Below the pieces are notes generated by a model. The model saw nothing but the letters and a program-made list of their open reading frames with translations. It searched no databases and was not told where the DNA came from. Below, in pieces: positions 52,841 through 64,000 of a stretch of 64,000 nt of DNA. Origin of the DNA: Tricharina praecox (lineage: Eukaryota). Positions within the stretch are counted from its first letter, which is position 1. Each line of letters starts with the position of its first letter. The translations under genes were made by a program, and so were the position numbers. Location: the NCBI RefSeq assembly GCF_024521635.1, contig NW_026250409.1, forward strand, positions 620,001-684,000. Direction: 5' to 3'.

Positions 52841-55800
52841 TTAAGTGTACCGACTGAAATCAAGATTCATCAGCAAGTCCTCCGTCTCCGAGTCCTTATC
52901 AATATCGCCGTTGAGCGTAGTCGCGCTGCGGAGGGAGTGTTCCGTCGACACCGTCTGCGTGCTCATGGCGGAGACCCTGCGGTTGGTGGCGCTAGTCTGG
53001 CGCATAGGACTGGCGGCCCTGGCGAAGGATCCAAACATGTTTGGCGGGGCACCAACGCGCTCGCGCAGCAGCTTGATGCTGCGGAGCCGGTGGCGCGGAT
53101 TCGAGATGTGCTCGCGTCCTCCCTCGTTAAAGACATGAGAATACACGCTTGCATTAAGAGCGATATTCCGGACGAAGGAGGCAAGGCTCTTGGCGGAGAC
53201 CATCTTTGGTTCCTGCGCAGGCGAGATATCCGTGAATCCATCTCTGCAGCACACTTGGACTCGATAGAACGCATCCCCCAGCCTACCAGTCGAGAGCCTC
53301 GATGACACGAAGCCGGACCGTGCTTCTGGCGAGATAACGATGCTGACGAAGTTGAACTGGCTCGGAATCGTGCCGAAGCGCCATGGAAGACCCGAATTGT
53401 TAAAAATGATATTTACGAAATCGTTGCCGATGTGCCGTTTCTTGCCGGTGCAGAAGACATCTTCTACACGTGTGGGCATCATCGTGGTGATATGGAAAAC
53501 GATCTCCGTGGTGCGATCGCGCCAAAAGTATGCGAATTCGCCGTCGAAATCCTCCTCGCGGTCCAGGCCTCCAGTGTTCAGGTCAGTACCCTTTAGCTTC
53601 ACCAAATCGCCCAATCCATCCACAAAGTCGGTGTAGTCAGGCGAGCCCATGGCGTTCGCCAATATCTCCTTCTCATCGGTTTGCCCGGCGCCGACATAAA
53701 TGACACCAATCTTGTGGAAATCCACGATAGGTATCCGATCAAACACTTCAATCGCACGGGTAGTTTTGTCGTCGTCGGGAAGCAAAATCGGCCTTTGTTC
53801 TGTGAGAGCGGTGCCTCCCGCGAACTGCAGCAGCAGGTGACTAGGTAGCAATTTCGTGGCATCAAACTCGTCAGGCTCGTTTTCCTTCAGATCGTCGTCA
53901 ACATCGACATGTTGCAACAATGCGTTCCTCGCATCCGGAGAGTCTGGTTTCAGAGAGTAATAAGACGTTCCCGCCTAAGCACAAGTCAGTGGGTGAAACA
54001 ACATACATCCTTCCTCGCAGAGCAGACCTACCGGTCTTCGTATTGTGATCCTCGACATCCCAGACTCGGGTTGCATCTGGATGGAAAGAATAGTCATTCC
54101 ATTCACCCAGTTCTTGGTCACGATGCCAGGGCTCTTCAACTTGTTCGGCGGCTTGAGGTCTCGCTTAGAATACGTGAACCGTTGCAGCATATCGATGCAC
54201 GCCTCGCTCTGCTCGTCCAAATGATTCGAATGATCGTGAAGGACCAGGCCCCGCACGATCCACGAAACATATTTCGGTCTCTCGGATAGTCGTAAAGAGA
54301 GGAACCATGTCGTAAGCACGTTGTAGGCAAGCGTCAGAACATATTGCGGGAGATCTGACTGTTCCGCCGGCAGCTGGTCGTGTGTTTCACGGGAGGCTGC
54401 CCGAGCGTGGAAGCTAGATCGTTGGGTCGCAGTCTCCTTGGCGTGTTGAATGTACCGAAATGCGATACCAAAGATATTCCGAAAGTCCGGTTCGGTGAAA
54501 TTGCTGTAGAGCGAAGGTAACTTTGCGAGCGCAGACAGGAATTCAAGGATATGCACGCTCACCACCGGTGACGTGATGATTTGTGACAATTTGGTTAGGA
54601 TTCCAGAGAGAAACTTGCTGGTCGAGCCGGGCAATTCGTAGCAGCATAGAGCCAGAGCGTGAATGCAAGGCTTAGCGGTCCTGTTCCACGAATGAAGCCC
54701 GAGCTGGAATGCCTTCACGATCCCTTCAGTTTCGTTCTTCGCAAAGTGCTGGCGGTAGCTGATGAGCACTGTGAGAAGATGGATCAGAGACACTGCAATA
54801 TCCGCCCTCTTAACGTCGGATGGGAGATCCGTGTCGGGAAGTCGGTTCGTGTGAAGCTGATCGCAGACCAAGTTCCGGAGGAATGTGACATGAGCCTTGC
54901 AGTTCCTAAACATGGTCTTATTGGCCAATTGCGAAGGAAGATGGCACAGAACATAGCTGTAGATCTCCCAGTCGCATCCTTGTTGGACGATGGGAATGAC
55001 CTGCTCCAACCAACGGGCAACCCTCATGCAGATCTTCGGGTCCAAAGTTGGTCCTTCTTGCGGAGGAGAGTCCGAGCTCGGGTCGTAGAAAGTCTGCAGA
55101 ACCGGACTTGCGACCCGCTCCGCCTTGTCTGGCAGAGGCCGTGTCTCCGGATAACTCCACAAGGGGGCGCGCCGCTTATTCTTATCGTGCCGTTCCGACA
55201 GGCCCCTGCTGCTCGAATGCCGAAGCGAAAGTGTCTGGGATACCGAATTGCTCCGATTCGAACGGGATGAAGAAGAGGTATCGTCGTCTTTGGGGCTGGA
55301 GAGGGCCGAAAGCGGCTCCATGGCTTCGTGAATCCTATTAAGAACCCCGGCCAGGTAGTCCGACTCGGTGCTATCCGTTAGGAAAACACGGTTCTCGGAG
55401 TCGGCGCGTAGGCGGAATAGCAACTTCATTGCGGTCAACCTGGCGTCATCCTCGCAATCCGCGGACCCAGCGATTTTGACCAGCTCTTCATACACCGGCA
55501 CAGCCTTCAATGCGTCCGTGTTCATGTTGCGGATAAACAACTTGACCAAACCGCGGACGACGATGTTGACGAGCGAGCCATGGGAGTGATGAGAACCACC
55601 CAACGATGGCCGCACAGACGAGCGATCGATATCGGAAAGCACACCACCGGGTGAAAGGCCAGAGTTTTGGTCTAGTCGCAAGTATTCGATGAGAATGCGC
55701 GCCAGCTGATGGAACATTTCGAGATTGCTATCGGCAGCCACGTCTACAATGATCTTGACCAGCACCTCGAGTACCCGCGGATCGGTTTCGGTCCGGAAGT

Positions 55801-57535
55801 CATTGAAAGCTACGAAAACTAGCTTATGGAGGAGCGATTCTTCGCAAACTCCTCGGATCGTTTCATATACATCTGTGATAAGGGAGAGTACTTGGACGCG
55901 CAATTCCGAAGGCCGTTTTCTTGTCCGGAAAAAGACGTCCACCAGGCGACGCGAGTTCTCCAACCACTCTGCACACGAAGGGTAACAGAGGTGCTCCGAC
56001 GCATAGTAATTGAGGACGAATTCCGCCGCAGAGTCCGGAATGTGACCGTAAACGTCAAGAAAAAACTGCACCACTCCTTCCACTTGGGTGAAGTCAGGCT
56101 GCCGGCACGCCTCTTCCAATTGATTTATGATGGTGAAAAGCGTCTGCGAGATGGCGGTGTTGACTTCCTTGTCTTGTTGTTTCGCCTTGGGGACGTTCGG
56201 GATGCCCAGCCGTACGAGGGAGACTCCGTCCGCACGCTCGGTGGTGCGCCGGGAGACGTGTACCAATACTTCGAGAGGAATCGCCCACTCATCAAACGAG
56301 ATCTGTGAAACGATGTCGCGCCTAGCCAGAACACGCCCAATTGCCCCGCATATGCTCATATCCAAGCGTGGAATGTCTCTCGAAAGCGCATCCCTGAAGG
56401 CCACCATGACGATCGAAACCTGAAGCTTCGGCAAGCCATTCTCTCCGTTCTCCAAGAGGAGCTTCTCCAAAAACCAGATTGCACCACGGAGAGTGTTCAT
56501 ATTAGGTGCAGAACTGCTTCTCTTGGACTTCCGGGAAATTTCCAGCAAAGTGAGGACACACTTGTGCGCCATGTGGCTCTTGCACAGGTTGCTCACTGCG
56601 TTCCAGGTGTCATCGGCGAGGTCGCGGATGGTAGAATACGTGCCGCACAAGATCTCAATGCACGGGCGAAGCGAATCGGGCGGGATGTAACCGTACGTGA
56701 TCAGCGTCTCGATAAAGGCGATGGCACACTCAATGTCCTTCTTGTTGGTTGTTTTTCTTGAGATGAACAATATGTCTGACAACAATTGGCTGATTTCGCG
56801 TTCTTCAAAGGTCTGAAAGTTGAACTTGATTATGTCCGTCACAAACTTGAATAATTCCTTCAAGCAGAATTCGGCCCCAGATATCGTATCCGTCGAACCT
56901 CCTTCCCGCTGGCGGAGCTTACGGGCTCTGCCGGCCTCCTGAAATAAAACTTTTAGCCACTTTGAGAGCAAGCCCCCAATCTCCCTCTCGAACGACGCCA
57001 GGTTCCGGCCGCCGGAGGTGAGCACCAGCATCGCTTGCAACTGATCGTCGAAATCTTCGATCCTCTCATGCAGGGCAATGGTACGATAGTACCGTAGCCG
57101 ATCGAGTGCGGAGGGGTCGTTTAGAGCCTTCAGGCATGCCGTCATGAGTTTGAAGCCCGCCTGACGAGCCTCCACGGAGTTATCGTCTTCCACCAGATCC
57201 TGCGCAATGTGCCATATCTCGCTAACAATGGGTGAAGGCAAGTCCGTAACGGAGGTCCTCACGAGCTCGGCAGCCACCACTCGGTCCTGCAGCGGTTTAT
57301 CCTTACGTAGCCGGTCCAACAGCTCCCCCTGCCCTTTCTCCTCCGAAGGCTCGGCGAAGTACTCGAATTGGGACGCGGAGCGGTTGGCATTGCTGGAGGA
57401 CGGTGTTACGGGGGTGGACGGGATCGAGAAGCCTGAGCGATTCCTGAGACCTAGATTTCGAAACACGTTTGCGAGGCCAGATTGCGCTTTCGGTTCTTGA
57501 GGTGGGGGATCGACAGGCGTAAGGGTTGGAGTCAT
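52841..57535 (-). CDS. TSC2: Tuberin (Tsc2), Rheb GAP, about 1545 aa; one intron at about 54029-53975
   Basis: HEAT-like N-terminus, tuberin region (DWEIYSYVLCHLPSQLANK, CIHALALCCYELP, HILEFLSAL), Rap/Ran-GAP domain (HKIGVIYV..GQ, FHITTMMP, KKRHIGNDFV.I). Confidence 0.95.
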
Positions 57536-60249
57536 CTAGGGCTGGTAGTGGGACGTCAGCGGGGAGACAGGTCTTGGGATCGTTCAAAGTGTCAAACAAA
57601 GATTCTTCAAGTTTGCCGGGCCCCAGATGGTGTTGTCTGAAAGCAAAAAAAAAGCTTTGGAGCGGTGATATAACAGGCCACCTGGGACGTAGCCAATAAG
57701 TGCCCTTCTCGAACGAAGCGCTGTGAACGGTGTGAACGGGGGGAGAAAAAAAAAGTGTTGGGGTATGGGAGTGTGTGTGCGATGATGATGATGATGATGA
57801 TTGAGTGAAACAACAAGACGATAACGTCAACGGTGCTGGGATAATAATTCGCCAATATAAGGGTATAATTGACAGCAAGCACTAAGCAAGCAAATATATT
57901 GGGTACCGACCTGTCCTGCGGCGCCCGCGTGGACGAGCTATCGCCGTGCGCAAAACGCCAACAGTAAGAGTGATGGGGCCGGGTGTCAGAGGGGGCGGAG
58001 TGTCGCGGGATCGGCGGCGACAGCGGGCACGGAAGCGGACGAGGTGCAAGGTTTGCTACTGCTACTGGGTTGGTGAGAGGGATGTGGGTCGATATGTCGG
58101 GAGTCCCGGCGGAGAAGGCGAAGGCGGATGTGTTTGTGAAAGCGTCGTGGACGGAGGTGAGTAGTTCGGTGATTCATATATCGGGCATCGAACGTCAACG
58201 GCAACGGGCAACGCACACCACATGCACCACACACACCACACACACTCAGACCGCGCGATGTCTGGCGTTGTCTGGGCTGGCGGGACCGTGACGGTTCCGA
58301 CTTTTGGAGCAACGTAACGAAGTGAGTAGATGCAGTGGAATAGAGCGGAGCACGGCAAAGAAGAGAGCAGGTAGGTGGGCCGAGAGCAGGTAGGTGGGCC
58401 GACAGGTAGAGGCAGGCAGACGCGGCAGGTAGGCAGGTAATTTTTCGGTAGGATCCAGGAACTGTGCAGATCGAAGGATGCTTGCACGATGACCTTTGGG
58501 GGAGGGGGGAGGGGGGGGTGGTGGATGGATGCGTGCTTGGGGCTGCGCGTGAGGTGATGGGTAGGTAATCGGTGTGTAAGTCTACCTATCTAGAGTAGAG
58601 TACTCTTATGTATGATAGCCGTGGGAGGAGGAAAGATCCGAAGATAGCGGGGTGACAAGCGGTGTGATCGCCGTGCAGGGAACCATTCTACCACGGCGTT
58701 TAGCCCGCTTTAGTTGCGTTGCGGGTGACGGCCTTGGGAGGAGGGGCGTTTATATCTCGGCCACGGTTGGAGCCGCGAATGGAGATGGGGACGGAGATGG
58801 GGCTTGACCGGACCGGCCTTGAAGATCCGGCCCGGAGGCTGCTGTGGGACATTTGTGTGGATTCCTCAAGCTTCAGGGCCGTCCCTCTGTTTCCCCACAC
58901 CCTCCGTTCGAAGTGGATATCGGTATGATCACGAAAAAAGCAAAAAGAGGGCAGAAACGGGGGAGATTTTAGCTACCTACCTGAAACGGCGCAGGATCTG
59001 GTGAGGGGGAAGGAGACAGTCGAGTGACATGCTGCAGGCAGCATCGACGCACTCTATCCACAGGCAGCAAGCAGTCAAATTCGAGCCGGAATTCGTGGGG
59101 GCGTACAGGAGCCAGAGTGCGTCTGTTGAGTTCCAGAACATGTGGAGTGGCCAGAGGAAAAGCTCCGGGTCTGGCGATGACGATGCCCAACGGGATCACG
59201 GACGGCATGGGAAGAGCTTGAGATGAGGACTCGAAGTAGAGCGATGTACCGACAGGCGTATCGCATGCGCCTTCGCGTCACGTGACGAAGGAAATTCCGC
59301 ATGCTGACCTTCACTTGCAGCTCGTGAGACCAACAACCCGCAACGAGCAAAATACAGCACGGAAGAAGTGACTGCTCAGATCTGGATGACGGCAAAGATG
59401 ACGGATCTGCATCGTATGCAATTGCGTCCCCAGAGCGTATCAATGAGAACAGACTTATCGTCCACAAAGCAGCCGCTTTCGAGGTCCGAGAGTGCTTGCT
59501 TTTCTTTCCGTCCGACCTCGAGTCTTGCAGTAACTAGACGAGCTGGGGCTCGAAATCCTCTGTGACGACTCAGGATCATGATGAGGTATACTGGTGGGGT
59601 GTTTCCGTTGGTCGTGTGAGGGTCTGATGACTTGACTCCCTCGGAAGTACATACCAATCCGACTGACCAAGTGACTTCTCCGTTTGCGATCAGAAAGCTC
59701 GGCGTTGTAGCCTACGAGTGCTTCGACAACCACCATGGTCGTTGGAATTGAAGCCGATACCGTACTACCATTGGCCTGGTAGCAAGGCCTCTGCATGGTG
59801 ACAATACCTGTAGCTCTCCAGTGGATGCGAACATGTACTCTTCATAAGTACCTGTCTGAGGAAGAAGTGAAAACCCTTTCCGCACATGTCCCTTCAACCG
59901 CGCAACCGGAAAGAAAATGAGCAAAGGTCTAGAATGTCGCCCTCTGTGATGCAATATTCCCTCGCTGGCGCCACACCTCTCCACCAACAAGCTCTCTACT
60001 ACCTACCACGCCGACGCAGCGACGATAAAGTAACGCACCAGAACCTTGTGAGGGAGAAAATAACGCAGTGCGGACTTTGGTTATTCGAACAAATGGTAAG
60101 CATGCACAGTCGGCCATCTGACGGAAAGAAAGGGAGCAAGTAGATAAGACTGGCTCTCTTCCTTGCTACGCCCTAAAGCCCACAAAGGAGTTGCTCTCAA
60201 ATCCCTATGACGATTTTCTTACGTTGTGGTCCCGTCGATGGAGTGCGGT

Positions 60250-60376
60250 ATTGACTTTCGTTGGTTTTTTTTCTTCAGTGGCGAGTCAATTCATTTTAAT
60301 GGTAAAGTCAATGCGTGCGCACATGGTAGTCAATCCGTTTTTATGGCAAAGTCAATGACTGCTTATGGTAATCAAT
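60250..60376. repeat. Phased array of ATGGY(AA)AGTCAAT-like motifs upstream of CSE1
   Basis: Five direct copies ending at 60290, 60312, 60334, 60356 and 60376, plus one inverted core at 60250-60258. Confidence 0.75.
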
Positions 60377-60691
60377 AACCGATATGACTCGTGTAGCGCC
60401 GGCGAGGGCATCTTGCATCACAGAGGGCAGAGGCGTTACATCTTTTTGTTGTACTTACAATGGCATTTTTAGACCTTGCTCAGAAACACTCACTCGGGGC
60501 TCGGCAGACCAGACAAGGCTACCGCACGAAGCACGTGCGCAATCCATGCCTTTGTTGGTTACCCGGAAACAATTCGAAGGCTTTTGGCGTCTCGCGACGC
60601 AACATGGCAATTGCTATTTCAAACCCCCCACTTCACTGCCAACAATCTAACACACCTCTTACCATCCCCACAACATTCCACAACTTCCGTC

Positions 60692-63600
60692 ATGACTACC
60701 GAGGTTTCTGAAATTGGAGATCTTCTCAACAGATCCCTGATTCCTTCGGAGAACAAACAGGGTATCATAGCTCTTTTCGATTTCTCTGCTTCATCTTTGT
60801 CGCAGCTATTTGCTTTTGACGATACTGATCTTTTTTGATGTAAAAAATAGCCGAGAAGTACCTACGAGCGATCGAAACCCAGCCTGGATTCGCATTGAAA
60901 CTACTGCAGCTTGTTGCGTCCGATGCACCGCAAATGAACACTCGCCTCATGGGCGCCCTCTACTTCAAGAACTTCATCGGCAGAACGTGGACGGTAAGCA
61001 GCCGATCGACGAGGCTGCTGGGAGGCAGGTTGCTGATTCTGCGCTGATATCAGGATGAAGAAGGTGTACACAAGCTGCCGGCGAGCGACGTCATTGCGAT
61101 CAAGAGCGAGATCATCGGACTCATGATCTCGGTGCCGACGAATCTCCAGGTACAGCTCGGAGAAGCAGTCAGCATCATTGCGGAGAGTGACTTCTTTGAG
61201 CGATGGGACACACTTGTCGAGGTGCGTTTTCTTCGAAGATTCCGATGTTGATGGGGAGCCTAATTCCGGTATCGCTCGTAGGACCTCGTTTCGCGATTGA
61301 CCCGCGACAACCCCAAAGTGAACAACGGAGTCCTCCAGGTCGCGCATGCCATCTTCAAGCGGTGGCGACCTCTATTCCGCTCCGACAACCTCTTCACCGA
61401 AATCAACCATGTACTGGAGCGATTTACTGCTCCATTCCTCGAGGTTTTCCAAAATACCGATGGTCTGATCACCCAAAATGCCAACAACAAGGCTGCTCTC
61501 AAGGAGCTCTTCCAGACACTGACCTTGGTCGTGAAACTCTCTTTCGATCTCAACTGCCAGGATTTGGCACCTGTCTTCGAGGAGAACCTTCCAACCATCA
61601 TGAACATCTTCCACAAATACCTCACATACAAGAATCCGTTGCTAGAGACGGACGATGACGATGAAGCTGGGCCACTCGAACGAACAAAGAGTGGGATCTG
61701 CGAACTTCTCGTACTTTTCGCTGGGAAATACGAGGACGTATTTGACAACATGCTGCAGAACTTTGTCAATTCTACTTGGGCACTTCTCACGGAGCTAGGC
61801 CCTGAGCCCAAAAACGACATTCTCGTCAGCAATGCTCTGCATTTCCTGACCGCGGTCGCAAGATCGCCTAAACACGCGCAGAACTTCAACTCGGAAGCCA
61901 TTTTGACACAGGTGGTGGAGAAGATCGTCCTCCCCAACATGGCTCTACGTCCTTCCGACATTGAACTGTTCGAAGATGACCCAATCGAGTTCATCCGAAG
62001 GGATCTAGAAGGGTCAGATAGCGATACTAGGAGACGCTCTGCCACTGATTTCCTCCGCCAGTTGCTTGACCAGTTTGAAGAGTTGGTCACTGGGGTGGTG
62101 GGGAAGTACATCACTCACTATCTCCAGGAGTACAGCGCAAAGCCTGTGGAGAACTGGCAATCAAAGGATACCGCATTGTATCTGTTTGCCTCCATTGCGG
62201 CTCGGGGATCAACTGAGCGAAAGGGTGTTGTCCATACTAACGTGCTCCTGGATGTCGTTCAATTCTTCCAGAATAATGTTGCTGCCGACCTTGTAGCGTC
62301 GGCCGACGCTGTTCACCCAATCCTCAAGGTTGATGCCATCAAATACTTGTACACTTTTAGAAGTCAATTGACCAAGGCTCATCTGCACGATGCGTTCCCC
62401 TTGCTTGCCAACCATATGGCCTCCGAAAACTACGTGGTCTACACCTACACAGCGGTTACCATCGATCGCCTGCTTGCCATGACCGTCGAGGGTGTGCCAG
62501 TGTTCAGTTCTCAGGATGTCAACCCACACGCAAAGAACATCTTGTCTCACCTTTTCCGACTGATCGAGCAAGGCGAGACTCCCGAAAAGATCGCGGAGAA
62601 CGAGTTCTTAATGCGCTGTGTCATGAGGATATTGATTGTTTCGCGAGACGCTACCGGTCCACTTGCGGAATTCGTTCTCACCGAACTGTCGAAGATCACG
62701 GCAGAAACCAGCAAGAACCCGAGTAACCCGAGATTCAACCACTACACCTTCGAGAGCTTGGGTGCTATCATCAGGTTTGTCCCCATTCCATCACGAAGTT
62801 GGAGAGGTAATTCTGACGAACCGAAGGTTTGCCGCTCCATCAAATCCCGAGAGCTTGGAGAACGCCCTGCACGACCCATTCATGTCCATCCTTGGAAATG
62901 ACGTTACTGGTTCGTGGCTACTCTACCTTCCTACCATGTCGATTTACCAGTCCGCTGACGCGACTCTTAGAATTCATCCCATACGTCTTCCAACTTCTTG
63001 CGTTGCTTTTGGAGAGTAACCCCCAAGCGCCACTGCCTCAGAGATACAAGGACCTCGTTGGCCCTCTCCTTACACCAGCCTTGTGGGAATCGCGAGGCAA
63101 TTCTCCTGCATTGGTCCGCCTACTTCAGGCGATCATGGCGCGCGGAGTGAGTGTGATCACCGAAAATAACCAGCTCACCCCTATCCTCGGTATCTTCCAG
63201 AAGCTTGTGTCATCCAAGATTACGGAATCCCAAGCCTTTGACCTTCTGGAGTCGCTGTTCACCTACTTCCCTGCGTATGTCCCTTGATGTCAGGGTTGAC
63301 GTTTCAACACTGACCTTTTTTTCCAGCGCTGCTCTTCAGCCGTACATGAAGGACATCTTCATCATTCTTCTCACTCGTCTGAACGGCTCCAAGACCGAGG
63401 TCTTGGCACAGAGGTTCGCGCGCCTCTTCCACTTCCTCTCTGGTAAGGAAGAGGTCGGCCCCGACTTTGTCATTCGGGCAATCGACTCCGTGCAGAGCGG
63501 TATCTTCGGTCAACTATACACCGCCATCTTGCTTCCCGACACACAGAAGCTCAGCCGACCAGCCGACCGCAAGATCGCCGTCGCAGGATTGACACAGCTG

Positions 63601-63963
63601 ATCGGCTCCTCGGAAGGCTTGGCGGGACCATACCACACGGCCTGGGCCAGTACGGTGACGGCGCTTCTCAAAATCCTCGAACTTGCGCCCGTACTTGTCA
63701 AGGACGACCCTCTGGCCGACCTGCAAGGGGCAGATATCGACGACGTCAGCTTCGGCGCTTCGTTCGCACGCTTGAACACCTGCAAGAAGCGCGCGGTCGA
63801 CGTGTTCCCGGATGTGGTAGACCCCCGGAGATTCGTAGGTGAGAAATTGGTGGAGGCGAACACCAAGACGGGTGGAAGGGTGGATGGCTGGATCAACAAT
63901 GAGCTCAGCGGTGAGGCGAAAGAGTTGCTCAAGAAGTATATGATGGCCACCGGCCGAGTTTAG
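60692..63963 (+). CDS. CSE1: Importin-alpha export receptor Cse1/CAS (exportin-2); 7 exons, introns about 60762-60850, 60994-61053, 61222-61281, 62775-62827, 62910-62970, 63275-63327
   Basis: IBN_N domain (ALYFKNFI), IFKRWRPLFRSD.LF.EIN, ELFEDDPIEFIRRDLEGSDSDTRRR.ATDFL, ENEFLMRCVMR, KNPSNPRFNHY.FE, EFIPYVFQL. Confidence 0.96.
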
Positions 63964-64000
63964 GCTTAAGCTTTAAGGGATCAAAAGGGACTGCGATTTT

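Overview
Eukaryotic, intron-rich DNA from a filamentous ascomycete. Pezizomycotina is inferred from protein sequences and short GT-AG introns with CTRAY branch points; Pezizomycetes is my best guess. It is a core housekeeping block of about 19 protein genes: CKS1 (5' part), a SUR1/CSG1-type MIPC synthase, an Rcf3-like membrane protein, CWC21, HIS3, DIS3/RRP44, an AzgA purine permease, an Hcm1/Sep1-type forkhead factor, BUD31, LAA1/HEATR5, TACO1, an orphan F-box gene, PET100, COG1, ALE1, actin, FES1, TSC2 and CSE1. Exon structures were assembled by hand because the ORF track ignores splicing. I found no CRISPR array, rRNA, tRNA, autonomous transposon or secondary-metabolite cluster, and no clearly new multi-gene system. 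The most notable unannotated signals are: a 193-bp MITE with perfect 28-bp TIRs; a 22-bp-phased motif array upstream of CSE1; a TAGAGTA/TACTCTA word enriched in non-coding DNA; 8-17 nt microexons in PET100, azgA and actin; a probable C6-run frameshift at the azgA C-terminus; candidate UaY and step-type HSE sites; and forkhead-BUD31 linkage that mirrors yeast HCM1-BUD31. All family assignments rest on remembered motifs, not database searches.
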